Notes: generated by a model from the sequence alone, not told the origin. Counted from the stretch's first letter, positions 19,090-30,920 are shown. The stretch is DNA of 64,000 nt from an uncultured Chloroflexia bacterium (GCA_963751345.1 CAVVUS010000018.1:64001-128000); one strand, 5' to 3'. Numbers and translations: made by a program.

Positions 19090-20525
19090 TTAGCGTTCGT
19101 GGTGTAGGACCACGCCCTGCCGCCGTAGCTCGGCCTGCACCTCCGCGACGTCGACCGCGCGCGGGGTGACGTGGTGCCGGGACGCGATGGCCGCAGCCGC
19201 GCCTGCGCCCTGGCCGACCACCATCGTCAGCGCCATGACGCGGAGAAGGTAGGGATCCTCCGCGCTGAGGCTCCGGCCCGCGCCCATCGAGCAGTCCCTC
19301 GACCTGGCGTGGCAGGAGACAGCGGTAGGGGACGTCGAAGGTGGCGTCGGTGAAGGTCTGGACGCCCCACGCTCGCTCTCCCCGGTGTTTCCGCACGTCG
19401 CGCTCGACCACGCCCCGCCCCACGGCATCGTCGAACGTCGTGGGGTGTTCTCTCATCGCGCGGGTGAAGGTGAACTCGCCGTCGATCCAGCGTGAGGCCC
19501 GGATGCCCAGGTCGTCGGCGGTGGCGACGACGAACGCGCGGTCGAACCCCGGCACGTGGCCGCGGAAGAAGTCGGCGACGACGTAGGCCATGCGCCGCCC
19601 GTCGACCATCGACCGGGTGATCGTCTCGATATCCAGGTCGTCGAAGTGGGCGAACCCGGTGATCAGGTGGACCACGCCCTTGTCCCGCAGCGCGTGCATC
19701 TGGCAGGCATCGAGCGTGTCGTGCACGCCGACCACCTCCGGGTACTCACCCTTCGCGCGTGCCGCCTTGAAGATGTCCATCTGCATCGCGCCGCCGTGCG
19801 GGAAGAGGAACGTGCCGGTGTCGCGATACTGGGCCAGCGCCTCCTCGAACGTCCAATCGACGTCCATGTAGGCGGGGTACTGGTCGGGATGGTCGAACGA
19901 AATACTCGACGAGGCGGTCGACGTCGACGTTGCCCAGGCGGAAGCAGAAACTGTGACCTGCCCCCGGTGCACGGGTATGGATCGGCGCGCCGGCCCGTGC
20001 CGCGACGTCGGCATCGCCCGTCGCATCCACGACCACGTCGGCCAGGAGCGCCTCGCGCCCGGACTTGCTCTCGACGATCACGCCGCGGAGCGTGTCGCCG
20101 TCCATCACGACGTCGGAGACGACGGTGTCGTAGAGGATCTGCGCGCCGGCCTCTTGCACCAGTCTGCTGAACACCAGCTTGGCTTGCTCGACGTCGTAGA
20201 TGATGTGGCCCTTGTGGGCGTGCCACTTCTTGCCGTAGCCCTCGGCCTCGGCCAATGCATCGGCGATCTCGACGGCGTTGCCCGTGATGCCCAGCCGGTG
20301 GTCGGCGGTGTAGTAGCAGTTGAAGATGGAGCAGACCATGCCCGCGGTCGCCACACCTCCGAGAAAGCCGTTGCGCTCGATGAGCAGCGTCTTTGCCCCG
20401 GCGCGCGCGGCGGCGATGGCGGCGGAGATCCCGCCGAGCCCGCCGCCGGCGATGATGACGTCCACTTTGTCGCGTACAGGGATATCCCGTGCCGGTTCCG
20501 ATAGGGTTCGCGAGTTAGGGTGCAT
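19090..20525 (-). CDS. FAD-dependent oxidoreductase (FAD_oxidored family), apparent frameshifts
   Basis: DVIIAGGGLGGISAAIAAAR, LGGVATAG, VDATGDAD, FDVPYRCLLP, AGRSLS and GQGAGAAAA across ORFs 19746, 19046 and 19090. Confidence 0.88.
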
Positions 20526-20646
20526 GCGTTCGGCTCCTCGTGGGTGGCACGATCCCTATGTCCAGGGCCATTTCGACGACCTGTGGCAGATCATCGCGAC
20601 GAGACCGCCGGTCTCACAGATCTCCTTCTTCGTCGAGTGACGTCGT

Positions 20647-21081
20647 TCAGCGAACATAGCTGACCACATAGACCGCCACGCCGACGATGACCGTGAGCAG
20701 CCAGAGGATGATCGTCGTTCGCATGAGCCAGATTGGCTTCCTTGGGGGTAGTCGCTTGATCAGATACATGCGGGTCACCGTGTAGGTCATCAGAAGTTGG
20801 GTTACAGCCCCGAATATGCCGTGGAGGAAGGGTATCTTCTGGAACGGCCCGGCGGCAAGCACGATCTTACCGCTCGCAATCGCAAGCCATTCCGGAATCA
20901 TGAGCAGGACCAACGGTATCCAGTTGAGGAATGCCGCGGTGGCCATCACCGGGCAGTGGGTCGAGAACCGCCGCCGGCGAGCTTGTATGCCGCCGAAGCC
21001 GGCCACTATGGCAAGTGTCAGGATGAATATCAACGACAAGTCGGACAATCGGGGCGCCGCCGTACCCAGAAAACCGGCCAT
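20647..21081 (-). CDS. DUF420-like membrane protein
   Basis: Four hydrophobic helices with His residues (THCPVM, FLHGIFG); GFLGT.A...SDL N-terminus. Confidence 0.6.
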   Translation of the reverse strand: MAGFLGTAAPRLSDLSLIFILTLAIVAGFGGIQARRRRFSTHCPVMATAAFLNWIPLVLLMIPEWLAIASGKIVLAAGPFQKIPFLHGIFGAVTQLLMTYTVTRMYLIKRLPPRKPIWLMRTTIILWLLTVIVGVAVYVVSYVR

Positions 21082-21477
21082 CTATCCCTCTCTTCTGCCA
21101 GGTGCTCGCTCCCTGGCGTGCTGTGAGGGCACTATAGCCCCTCTGCCGACGAGCACAAGGGCCGCGGCATCCCGATCCAGGCTATGCCTGCCGTGGAAGA
21201 CGTCTTTGACAGCCGGGCTGACGACTCTATACTGGACCAACGTGGGCAGGGCATGGCTTGGGTATGGCGTTCATCTGCACGGCTTCCTGTCTCCCTGGGT
21301 GGATGCGCCGCACGCGCGGCGATGTTCCAAGAGTATGACAACAATGAGTTCATGCCGTCGATCTTCGAGTGGGCCCCTGATGGGCAGACATGTGCCTCGC
21401 TTGCGGTCTATCTATCGATCGCGCTCCGGTGATTCCCCTGGCTTGACGGATCTCCCGGGCCGGTGCCTCGTAATTCG

Positions 21478-23046
21478 ATGACAGATCCATCGCCGCTGGT
21501 GCTCGGGATCGATGCCAGTACCACGGCATGCAAGGCTATCGTCTGGAATCTGCACGGCGAGGCGGTAGCCGAGGGCCGGGCTTCCGCTACCGCTCCTGAA
21601 ACCCCGACCGCTATGGCACGAGCAGCCCGCCGAGGCGTGGTGGTCAGCGCTGGTGGCGGCGGTCCGTGAGGCCGTTGGCGGTCGCGAGGAGGTGGGCCGC
21701 CGCATCGCTGCGCTCTGCATCGCCCCACAGCGCGAGACCTTCGTCCCGGTGGATCGAACGGGCGTACCCCTGCGCAACGCCATCGTCTGGATGGACGAGC
21801 GGGCGGGCGCGCTGTTGCCGCGCATCGCGCAGGAGTATGGCGCGGAGCGCATCCACCGGGAGACCGGCAAGCCGCTCTCGGGCAACCTCTCCCTGGGCAA
21901 GATCGCCTGGTTGCGCGAGAACGAGCCGGAGGTCTTCGCTCGGACGGCGAAGTTCCTCGACGTTGGCGCCTTCCTTACGCACAGGCTGACGGGTGAGTAT
22001 CGCACCGGCTGGGGCTGTGTGGACCCGATGGGGCTCTTCGATATGCAGCGCGACGCCTGGGATGAGCCGCTGCTCGACTACCTGGGCGTCTCGGTCGAAC
22101 GGATGCCGGAGGCCTATCCGCCCGGGACCGTGCGTGGGCAGGCTGACGGGTGCTGCGGCAGAGGCGTGTGGGCTGCCGCTCGGGCTGCCGGTCGTCGCGG
22201 GGGTTGGCGATGGGCAGGCCGGTGGGTTAGGGGCCGGTGTCGTTGGCCCCGGGCAGACCTACCTCAACCTCGGTACCGCTGTCATTACCGGCACCTATGC
22301 CGACCGCTACCTGACGGATCGCGCCTTCCGGACGATGTATGGCGCCGTCCCGGGCTCTTACAGTTTGGAGACCGTGCTGTTAGGCGGGACCTATACGGTC
22401 ACCTGGTTCATCGACACGTTCATGGGGGCCCGTGGGGATGAGGCTGCGCGCTTGCTCGACAGGTTTGATAGGTCTCTCGATCGGACGCCGGTTGGCGCAG
22501 AGGGGCTCATGCTGGTTCCGTACTGGAATAGCGCGATGAGTCCCTATTGGGACGCAAGAGCGAGCGGCATGGTAGTTGGATGGCGTGGTGTGCATACGCC
22601 TGAGCATCTGTACCGAGCGATCCTTGAGGGTATTGCATTTGAGGCGCGGCTTCATACCGAGGGTGTGGAAGCCGCTCTCAACCGGCCCGTACTGCGCTAT
22701 ACTGTGATGGGAGGTGGAGCGCGGAGTGAGCGCTGGCGCCAGATCATCGCGGACGTTACCGGCAAGCCGGTGGGGCTCTCAGATCATGACAGAAGCAGCG
22801 GCTCTCGGTGCCGGAATCCAGGCTGCCGCAGGAATCGGCCTCTTTGCCGATGTGCGTCAAGCCGCGTCAGCTATGGCACCCGACACCGCCGAGGTCACGA
22901 TGCCCGATCGTGGACGCCACTCGTTCTATACTCGGCTCTACGAAGATACCTACCAGTACCTGTTTCCTTCCGTTCGTTCCTATCTCGATCGTTTAACCAC
23001 CCTTACCACAAACCAGGAGGAACCCGATGACCCCAGATCTCGCTGA
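21478..23046 (+). CDS. FGGY carbohydrate kinase (xylulokinase-like), about 3 apparent frameshifts
   Basis: LGIDASTT, EQPAEAWW, AIVWMDER, GVGDGQAG, RAILEGIAF, GGGARS and EAAALGA. Confidence 0.88.
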
Positions 23047-24141
23047 CGGAAAGCCCGCATCAAGCAACGTCCGCGATGCCGCGTTCCCGCGCGTTCATTC
23101 AGATCTCCGGGTAACTTTCCGCTTTGAGGCGCCAACCGTCCAATCGGTGCAGGTGGAGGGCGGCGACGGCCTGGGGGCAGGTCCGTTTGAGATGGCGCGT
23201 GACGACGAGGGCGTCTGGACCGTGACCACGCCGCCGGTCGTGCCCGGATTCCATTACTACTGGCTGTTGGTCGATGGCGTCGCCGTCAACGACCCCTCCA
23301 GCCAGACTTACTTCGGCTACGGCAAGCCGACGAGCGGCATAGATGTTCCCGAGCCGGGGGTGGATTTCTACGACCCCCACGATGTACCCCACGGAGAGGT
23401 GCGCTCGCACTGGTACTATTCCCGGATTTCGGGCAAGTGGCGGCGATCCAACGTCTACACGCCCCCTGGCTATGACAGGGGAATTGAACAGCGATATCCG
23501 GTCCTCTATCTGCAGCATGGCGCCGGTGAGGATGAGACAGGTTGGGTCCGGCAGGGCCGGGCGAACTTCATTCTGGACAATCTGATCGCAGCCGGAGAGG
23601 CTCGGCCCATGATCGTCGTGATGGATTGCGGCTACACGGTCCCCGTCACGTCTCGACCCGCAGGACCTCCCGACCCCCAGCGCATCAAGCAGATCGTGGA
23701 TGCGTTTGATGACTTCGTCATCAGCGAACTTGTGCCAACGATCGACGCGACCTATCGCACGATAGCCGATCGGGAGCATCGTGCGATCGCCGGGCTGTCG
23801 ATGGGTGGTATGCAGGCGCTCAACGTGGGCCTGCACCATCTCGACACCTTTGCATCCATCGCCGCGCTCAGTGGGATGCCGATCTCTCCAGCTGGATCCG
23901 GAGACTGCGTACGATGGCGCGTTCAGCGATCCGGAGGCGTTCAACCGGCGCGTGCAAGCTGTTCTGGATGAGCGCCGGCACCGCCGAGCCGCAGCCTCTT
24001 GAGAGGGCTCAGCGATTCTGGGAGATGCTCGACGCGCTCGGGATTGCCTACGAATCCTACGTGTCGCCGGGCACCGCCCACGAATGGCAGACGTGGCGGA
24101 GAAGCCTGTACGTGCTCGCCCCCCGGCTTTTTCCGGATTAG
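23027..24141 (+). CDS. CE1-type esterase with N-terminal Ig-like (E-set) domain, apparent frameshifts near 23890-23950
   Basis: PGFHYYWLLVDG, VYTPPGY, YPVLYLQHG, nucleophile AGLSMGG and HEWQTWRRSL. Confidence 0.88.
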
Positions 24142-24150
24142 GGAGGTCCG

Positions 24151-25134
24151 ATGATCAGGATCGTCCACTATGATGGCAAGCGCGTGCGCACCGACCTGAC
24201 GTCGGACGATCTCCCCGACCTCCTGAAGGATCTTCAGGGCGTCCTGTGGGTCGACCTGGTGGAGACGCCGGTGGCAGAGGCGCGGCCACTGCTGGAGCAG
24301 ACCTTCGGCTTCCACCCTCTGGCTGTGGACGATGCGCTCGAGGAGACTCACATCCCCAAGGTCGATGATTGGGGTGACTATCTCTACCTCACCATGTACG
24401 GCATTCGTGCCGATTGGACGCAAGAGGACCTCGTCGAACTCCCGGAACTGGACTGTTTCCTCACGCCTAACTGCATGGTCACCTACGAGGTCCGCGCTGC
24501 GAGCGCAATGGATCGGCTTTGGCAGACCGTCCAGGCGGACCCTCGCGCGTTCAGCCAGGGCGCACCGCACCTGCTCTATCAGCTACTGGATGGCTTGGTG
24601 ATCGACTACATGGCTATCCTGGAGGAGCTGGACGATCGGGTCGAGACCGTGGAGGACACCATCTTCTTGCAGCCGTCGGAGAAGCTGCTGGGTGAGATCT
24701 TCAATTACAGACGTGTCCTGTTGCAGCTACGGCGGTCGCTGGCGCCGCAGCGCGAGGTGATGAACAAGCTTTCGCGGGGGACCGTCTCCGTCGTCGAGCG
24801 TGACTACGGCGTCTACTTCCGCGATATCTACGACCATATGGTGCGACTCTACGATATCACCGACACGATGCGTGACGTGGTCAGCGGCACGTTGGAGATG
24901 TATCTCTCGGTGGTCAACAATCGTATGAACGACGTGATGAAGACCCTCACCGTGATCACGACGCTCTTCATGCCCCTGACGTTCCTGACGGGCTTCTTCG
25001 GTATGAACTTCTTCCAGGTGACTTTTCCCCTGGCTGCGTGGACGGGCCCGGTGGCGTTCGGCCTGATGCTGTTGGCCATGATCTTGGTGCCGGTTGTCAT
25101 GTATGTGTGGATGCACAGACGCTCGTGGCTCTAG
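24151..25134 (+). CDS. corA: Magnesium transporter CorA
   Basis: FHPLAVDD, MNDVMKTLT and the GFFGMNF signature followed by two TM helices. Confidence 0.95.
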   Translation: MIRIVHYDGKRVRTDLTSDDLPDLLKDLQGVLWVDLVETPVAEARPLLEQTFGFHPLAVDDALEETHIPKVDDWGDYLYLTMYGIRADWTQEDLVELPELDCFLTPNCMVTYEVRAASAMDRLWQTVQADPRAFSQGAPHLLYQLLDGLVIDYMAILEELDDRVETVEDTIFLQPSEKLLGEIFNYRRVLLQLRRSLAPQREVMNKLSRGTVSVVERDYGVYFRDIYDHMVRLYDITDTMRDVVSGTLEMYLSVVNNRMNDVMKTLTVITTLFMPLTFLTGFFGMNFFQVTFPLAAWTGPVAFGLMLLAMILVPVVMYVWMHRRSWL

Positions 25135-25182
25135 CGCCGCGTGATCTGTGCAAGCTACGGAGTATATAAACGGAGTGACAGT

Positions 25183-25725
25183 ATGCATGATCGTCGATTC
25201 CCTGGTGGTCCCGCGTTCCTGCGTGATCCCCGTCGAGTGGCAGAGTTGGAGCCGGAGCGTGTGGTGGATCTCTGTCTGGAGGGCATCGCACCGGCTTCCG
25301 TTCTCGATGTCGGCACGGGCAGCGGTCTTTTTGCCGGGGTCTTTGCCCGGCGGGGCCTGACAGCCGCCGGTGTGGACGTGCGACCGGACATGGTCGATGC
25401 GGCACGGCAGAATGTGCCCGAGGGCGAATTCCGTCTTGCTCCTGCCGAGGTGCTCCCCTATCCGGATGGCGCGTTCGATCTCGTCTTCATGGGCGTGGTG
25501 CTGCACGAGGCCGACGATCGTCTGAAGGCCCTCGGGGAGGCTGCACGTGTCGCGCGGCTGCGCATTGCCGTGCTGGAGTGGCCCTATGAGGATGCTGCGT
25601 ACGGACCGCCGCGTCGTCACCGGCTCACCGAGGAGCAAATCGAGGGCTGGGCCCAGCAGCTCGGACTCCTGAAGGTGGATGTAACCCGTCTGGAACACAC
25701 CGTGCTGTTCCTGATGGATCGTTGA
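25183..25725 (+). CDS. Class I SAM-dependent methyltransferase
   Basis: VLDVGTGSG, LPYPDGAFDLV and LHE motifs. Confidence 0.88.
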   Translation: MHDRRFPGGPAFLRDPRRVAELEPERVVDLCLEGIAPASVLDVGTGSGLFAGVFARRGLTAAGVDVRPDMVDAARQNVPEGEFRLAPAEVLPYPDGAFDLVFMGVVLHEADDRLKALGEAARVARLRIAVLEWPYEDAAYGPPRRHRLTEEQIEGWAQQLGLLKVDVTRLEHTVLFLMDR

Positions 25726-25763
25726 TTCTACGTGCAAACGTACGCGACAGGGGAGGTAACACA

Positions 25764-26555
25764 ATGGGCACAACCATTCAGGCGGTGATCGATACGATCT
25801 TGGGGCAGATTCAGAGCGGGCGGTTGGCGGAGACCGTGGACACGGTCAAGTGTGGCGACCCCACGCAGGAGGTCAAGGGCATCGTCACGACCTTCCTGGC
25901 CAGCTACGAGGTGATCAGGAAGGCGGTGGACCTTGGCGCCAACTTTATCATCACCCACGAGCCGACCTTCTATAACCACCTCGATACGGTCAATCAGCTT
26001 GCGGGTGATCCTGTCTACGAGGCTAAGCGCCGGCTGCTTGACGACAACGGCATCGTAGTCTGGCGTTTCCACGACCACTGGCACCGTCACCAGCCCGATG
26101 GCATCGACACGGGCGTGATCCTGGCGCTCGGCTGGGGGCCGTACGTGGTGGCGGGGGACACGTCAAGGATCAAGCTGCCGCTTACGACCGTGGGCGAGCT
26201 TGCCCGCATCTTGAAGGCGGGGCTGGGGATTGACGTCGTACGCGTCGTCGGGGATCTGGCGATGCCCTGCCAAAACGTCGCCTTGATGGTGGGTGCGCCC
26301 GGCAGTGAGTGGCAGATGAAAGCCGTGAGCCGCGACGACGTCGATGTGTTGCTGACCGGCGAGGTGCGCGAGTGGGAGACGTCCGAATACGTCAGGGACG
26401 CCATCGCGCAGGGGCGGAAGAAGGCGTTGATCGTGCTGGGCCACGCCAACAGCGAGGAGCCCGGCATGAACTACCTCGTGGCATGGCTGGGCTCGCTGGT
26501 GCCTGACGTGAAGATCACGCACGTGCCCGTCGGCGACGCGTTCACGTTCGTGTAG
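25764..26555 (+). CDS. Nif3-like dinuclear metal-centre protein
   Basis: IITHEPTFY, WRFHDHWH, LLTGE and LGHANSEEPG. SD GGAGG. Confidence 0.85.
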   Translation: MGTTIQAVIDTILGQIQSGRLAETVDTVKCGDPTQEVKGIVTTFLASYEVIRKAVDLGANFIITHEPTFYNHLDTVNQLAGDPVYEAKRRLLDDNGIVVWRFHDHWHRHQPDGIDTGVILALGWGPYVVAGDTSRIKLPLTTVGELARILKAGLGIDVVRVVGDLAMPCQNVALMVGAPGSEWQMKAVSRDDVDVLLTGEVREWETSEYVRDAIAQGRKKALIVLGHANSEEPGMNYLVAWLGSLVPDVKITHVPVGDAFTFV

Positions 26556-26559
26556 TCGG

Positions 26560-26653
26560 AACCTTGCGAAGGTTACGCGATGCCTGCACAAGCGGGTGCC
26601 TGCGTATGCGCAGGCACCCGCAGTACGTAGCACGTCGCAACCTTCGCAAGGTT
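26560..26653. repeat. 94-bp palindromic MITE/REPIN-like element, copy 1
   Basis: Ends AACCTTGCGAAGGTT / AACCTTCGCAAGGTT; internal GCGGGTGCCTGCG-tatg-CGCAGGCACCCGC hairpin. Related element at 55488-55580. Confidence 0.75.
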
Positions 26654-26663
26654 AGGACTTGCG

Positions 26664-28398
26664 CTACTCCACCTCCGCCAGTTCGAGCTGCCGCTGGTAG
26701 AGCTGGCTGTAGAGCCCGCCGCGGGCGAGAAGCTCGCGGTGGTCGCCGACCTCGCGGATGTGCCCGTCCTCGAGCGCGATGATCTTGTCGGCACTGCGAA
26801 TCGTGCTCAGCCGGTGGGCAATCACCAACGCCGTGCGCCCCCTCATAACCTCCTCCAGGGCTTGCTGGATGAGATACTCGGCCTCCGCATCCACCGAGGA
26901 TGTGGCCTCGTCCAGGATAAGGATCCGCGGGTCGGTGATGATCGCGCGTGCCAGGGCCAGCCGCTGCTTCTGCCCCCCGCTCAAGCGCACGCCTCTCTCC
27001 CCGATCTCGGTGTCATAGCCGGCAGGTAAATCGGCGATGAACTCGTGAGCGTGGGCCGCTTTGGTTGCGGCGATCATCACCTCATCGGTCGCCTTGAGGG
27101 TTCCCGTAGCAGATGTTCTCACGCACCGTCGTGTTGAAGAGAAAAGTGTCCTGCAGGACGACGGCGATATGCTGGCGCAGCGACTGCAACTCCAGGTCGC
27201 GAAGATCGTGACCGTCGAGCAGGATGCGACCATGCCCGGGGTCGTAGAAGCGGCAGAGCAGGCTGGCGATGCTGGTCTTGCCCGCGCCACTTGGGCCGAC
27301 GAGCGCGACCACCTCGCCGGGTGCGATGTGGAAGTCGATGTCGTGCAGCACCTCGTCGCCCTCGCCGTAGCGGAAGTGAACGTCCTCAAACTGCACCTCA
27401 CCACGGGTCTCGGTCAGGCTCATCGCACCTGGCGCGCTCTTGACTTCGGAGTCGACGTCCAGGATCTCGAAGATGCGCTCCCCGGCTGCGATGGCCTGCT
27501 GGAACGTATTGTCCACCTCGGTCAGCCGCCGGAGAGGTTCGTAGAACGATGCGATATAGGCCAGGAAAGCCACCAACGTCCCGAGCGTGATGCCGTTCGC
27601 CACGACCGCGCGGGCGCCAAAGCCCAGAACGAGGGCCCCGCCTACAGCAGTGAGAAACTGGAGCGCAGGGAAGAAAACCGACCACGTCCGAATCGCCTTG
27701 ATCTGCTGGCGGTAATACTCTTCACTCACGTTACGGAAAGCTCTGAGCTCGTTTTCCTCTTGCTCGAATGCCTGGATCACACGGATGCCGGCGAGGTTGT
27801 CCTGAAGCCGCGAGTTGATGTCGCCCAGCCGGTCCCGCACCTGCCGATAGATGGGGCGGGCGCGCTCGTTGAACATACGCAATCCCACTGCCATCAGTGG
27901 CAAGGGGATCAGCACAACCAGGGCCAGACGCCAATCGAGCGTCAGTAGGACGATGGAGGCGCCGACCAGGCGCATCAGATCGACCACCGTTAGCGGGACG
28001 CCGTGGGTGATGAACTGCTCCATCGCATTGACGTCGTTGGTCACGCGGGACATTAGCTCGCCGGTGGAGGTCGATTCGAAGAATGAGAGCGAGAGTCGCT
28101 GCACGTGGTTGTAGATGCGCACGCGGAGGTCGAGGATAAAGCGCTCGCCCAACGCGTGCCGGATGAAGTTCTCTCCGAAGTCGGTGAGATGCATGACGGC
28201 GTAGATGCCAATGAGCAACAGCACCAGGCGGACCAGGAGTTGCAGGTCCCCATTCTGAATGACTTTGTCGATGATCGCGCGCTCGATCAGCGGCGGTGTC
28301 AGGTTCAGCCCGGTCCTGACGAGCAGCAGCAGGGCCGTCACGATGAGGGTCTTCCAGTACGGATATAGGTAGGCGAAGAGCCGCTTGAGTACGGTCAT
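26664..28398 (-). CDS. ABC exporter, fused permease/ATPase (MsbA/MdlB-like), apparent frameshift near 27100
   Basis: TM domain, Walker A GPSGAGKT, signature LSGGQKQR, Walker B LILDEATS and IAHRLST. Confidence 0.92.
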
Positions 28399-28609
28399 GG
28401 GTGGTTTCCTTGTGACATGGTCTCGGCAGAGGCCGGCATAGATCTGAAGTCTAGCATCGATCTGGTCAGAGACCATCTGCACGCCGCGAGTTTATCCAAA
28501 ATGGGATTGTGGACTAGAATGTGGTCCAAGGTAGCAACCCTTAGCTACGTTTCTCGTCCGGTTGGCAGCCCAGACCAGGGCGCCTTTGTTTGCGAAAGGA
28601 GAGATTGTG

Positions 28610-30778
28610 ATGTCGTCAGGTTTCGATACCGACACCCCACTGTATCTGGATCCCGATCAGCCATTGGAGGCGCGTGTCGCCGACCTTGTTTCGAAGATGA
28701 CGTTGGAGGAGAAGATCTCACAGATGGTGCACGGCGCCCCGGCGATCCGGCGACTGGGTGTTCCTGCGTATAACTGGTGGAACGAATGCCTGCACGGGGT
28801 GGGGCGGGCCGGCATCGCCACCGTCTTCCCGCAGGCCATTGGGATGGCCGCGACGTGGGATACGGAGTTGATGCACCGCACCGCAGTCGCCATCTCGGAC
28901 GAGGCGCGCGCCAAGCATCACGCCGCCCTGGGTGACAACGGTGATGTCGAGCAATACTACGGTCTGACCTTCTGGACCCCCAACATCAACATCTTCCGGG
29001 ACCCTCGCTGGGGCCGTGGGCAGGAGACCTATGGCGAGGATCCTTACCTGACGGCGCGGATGGGCGTTGCTTTTGTGACAGGTCTGCAGGGCGACGATCC
29101 GACCTACCTCAAGACGGTGGCGACGCCCAAGCACTACGCCGTCCACAGCGGGCCGGAGGCGGAGCGCCATCATTTCAATGCCGAGGCCGACGAACGGGAT
29201 CTGCGCGAGACGTATCTGCCCGCCTTCGAAGCAACCGTGCGAGAGGCCGGTGCGTTCTCCGTGATGGGCGCTTACAACCGCACCAATGGAGAGCCCTGCT
29301 GTGCGCACACAGTTCTTCTGGGGAAGATCCTCCGCGACGAGTGGGGTTTCGAGGGCTACGTCGTCTCGGACTGCGGCGCCATTCGCGACATTTACGCTCA
29401 CCATCAGGTCGTGGATTCGCCCGAGGCCGCGGCAGCGCTGGCGGTCAAGAATGGCTGCGAGCTCAACTGTGGCGAGGTCTACCGCGCGCTGCTTGTGGCT
29501 GCCGAGAAGGGCCTGATCGACGAGGCGACGATCGATCTTGCTGTGACGCGGCTCTTCACGGCCCGCTTCCGCCTCGGTATGTTCGATCCCCCCGATCGCG
29601 TGCCCTACTCGCGGATTCCCATCGAGGTGAACGATTCTGCCGACCACCGGGCGCTGGCCCTGAAGATGGCCCAGGAATCGGTCGTTCTGCTCAAGAACGC
29701 AGATGGCTTTCTGCCTCTGACGCGAGATCTGAAGAAGATTGCGGTCGTCGGCCCCAATGCCGATGACTCTATCGTGCTGTTGGGCAACTACAACGGTTTC
29801 CCGTCGGCGTCGGTGACGCCGCTTGAGGGCATCAAGCGCAAGGTGGGGGATGCGGTCGAGGTCGTCTATGCCAGGGGATGTGCCATCCGCAGCTCAGACA
29901 CGTCGGGTTTCGACGAGGCCGTGGCCGTCGCGAAAGACGCTGACGTGATCATCGCCGTGATGGGTCTCTCGCAGCTCATCGAGGGAGAGGAGGGTCAGCA
30001 GGAAGGCGTCGAGGCAGGCGAGCGCAGCACCGGTGACCGGGATGCCCTGGACCTGCCGGGTGTGCAGGAGGACCTGCTCAAGGCGCTGCACGCAACCGGC
30101 AAGCCGCTGGTCGTGGTGCTGCTCAACGGCAGTGCGGTCGCCGTCAACTGGGCGGAAGCAAACGCGGCGGCCGTGGTGGAGCTCTGGTATCCGGGGGAAG
30201 AGGGTGGCACGGCGCTGGCCGACGTGCTCTTCGGGGACGTCAATCCTGCGGGGCGCCTGCCGGTGACCTTCTACACCTCGGTCGACGATCTACCGCCCTT
30301 CCGGGATTACGCTATGGAAGGGCACACCTACCGTTACTTCCGCGGCGTGCCGCTCTACCCCTTCGGCTACGGGTTGAGCTACACGACCTTTGCCTACGGC
30401 GACCTGGAGCTCAGTAGCCTGAACCTCGCACCTGGCAAGCCGCTCACGCTCTCCGTGATGGTGGAGAACACCGGCGACCGCCCAGGCGACGAGGTCGTGC
30501 AGCTCTATATCAAGGATCAGCAAGCTTCGGTGCCCGTGCCCGCGCAGCAACTCGCGGGGTTCCGCCGTATCCACCTGGCACCCGGTGAGACCGAATGCGT
30601 CAGCTTTACGGTGTCGCCGAAGCAAATGAGCCTCATCCTCGACGACGGGCGCCGCGCGATCGAGCCGGGCGTCTTCGAGGTCTTTGTGGGGGGTGGTCAA
30701 CCGGCGACGGATGCTGCCGGCACCTTCGCCACGTTCGCGGTCGCGGGCGAGACGCCGTGGGAGGTGCCCGTCGCTTAA
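28610..30778 (+). CDS. GH3 beta-xylosidase/beta-glucosidase (no signal peptide)
   Basis: WWNECLHG, FPQAIG, RDPRWGRGQETYGEDP, KHYAVHSGPE, nucleophile VVSDCGA and a C-terminal Fn3-like domain. Confidence 0.95.
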   Translation: MSSGFDTDTPLYLDPDQPLEARVADLVSKMTLEEKISQMVHGAPAIRRLGVPAYNWWNECLHGVGRAGIATVFPQAIGMAATWDTELMHRTAVAISDEARAKHHAALGDNGDVEQYYGLTFWTPNINIFRDPRWGRGQETYGEDPYLTARMGVAFVTGLQGDDPTYLKTVATPKHYAVHSGPEAERHHFNAEADERDLRETYLPAFEATVREAGAFSVMGAYNRTNGEPCCAHTVLLGKILRDEWGFEGYVVSDCGAIRDIYAHHQVVDSPEAAAALAVKNGCELNCGEVYRALLVAAEKGLIDEATIDLAVTRLFTARFRLGMFDPPDRVPYSRIPIEVNDSADHRALALKMAQESVVLLKNADGFLPLTRDLKKIAVVGPNADDSIVLLGNYNGFPSASVTPLEGIKRKVGDAVEVVYARGCAIRSSDTSGFDEAVAVAKDADVIIAVMGLSQLIEGEEGQQEGVEAGERSTGDRDALDLPGVQEDLLKALHATGKPLVVVLLNGSAVAVNWAEANAAAVVELWYPGEEGGTALADVLFGDVNPAGRLPVTFYTSVDDLPPFRDYAMEGHTYRYFRGVPLYPFGYGLSYTTFAYGDLELSSLNLAPGKPLTLSVMVENTGDRPGDEVVQLYIKDQQASVPVPAQQLAGFRRIHLAPGETECVSFTVSPKQMSLILDDGRRAIEPGVFEVFVGGGQPATDAAGTFATFAVAGETPWEVPVA

Positions 30779-30920
30779 GCCGTCGGCACAGGACGTTGGG
30801 TGGGGGCGAGATGACCTTGCCCCCATCCCCATCTTCGAATTGACATTCTACTCCGGCGGTGCTTAAATGGATGTGACTGATGCAGCACGCCGAATTCTCG
30901 GCGTTTTGTTGTGTGACGTA

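Noticed and set aside
28534-28558. Third ECF promoter (GCAAC-N16-CGTC) upstream of GH3
   Set aside because: The -35 differs and the spacer is one base shorter than in the two matching sites; could be chance.
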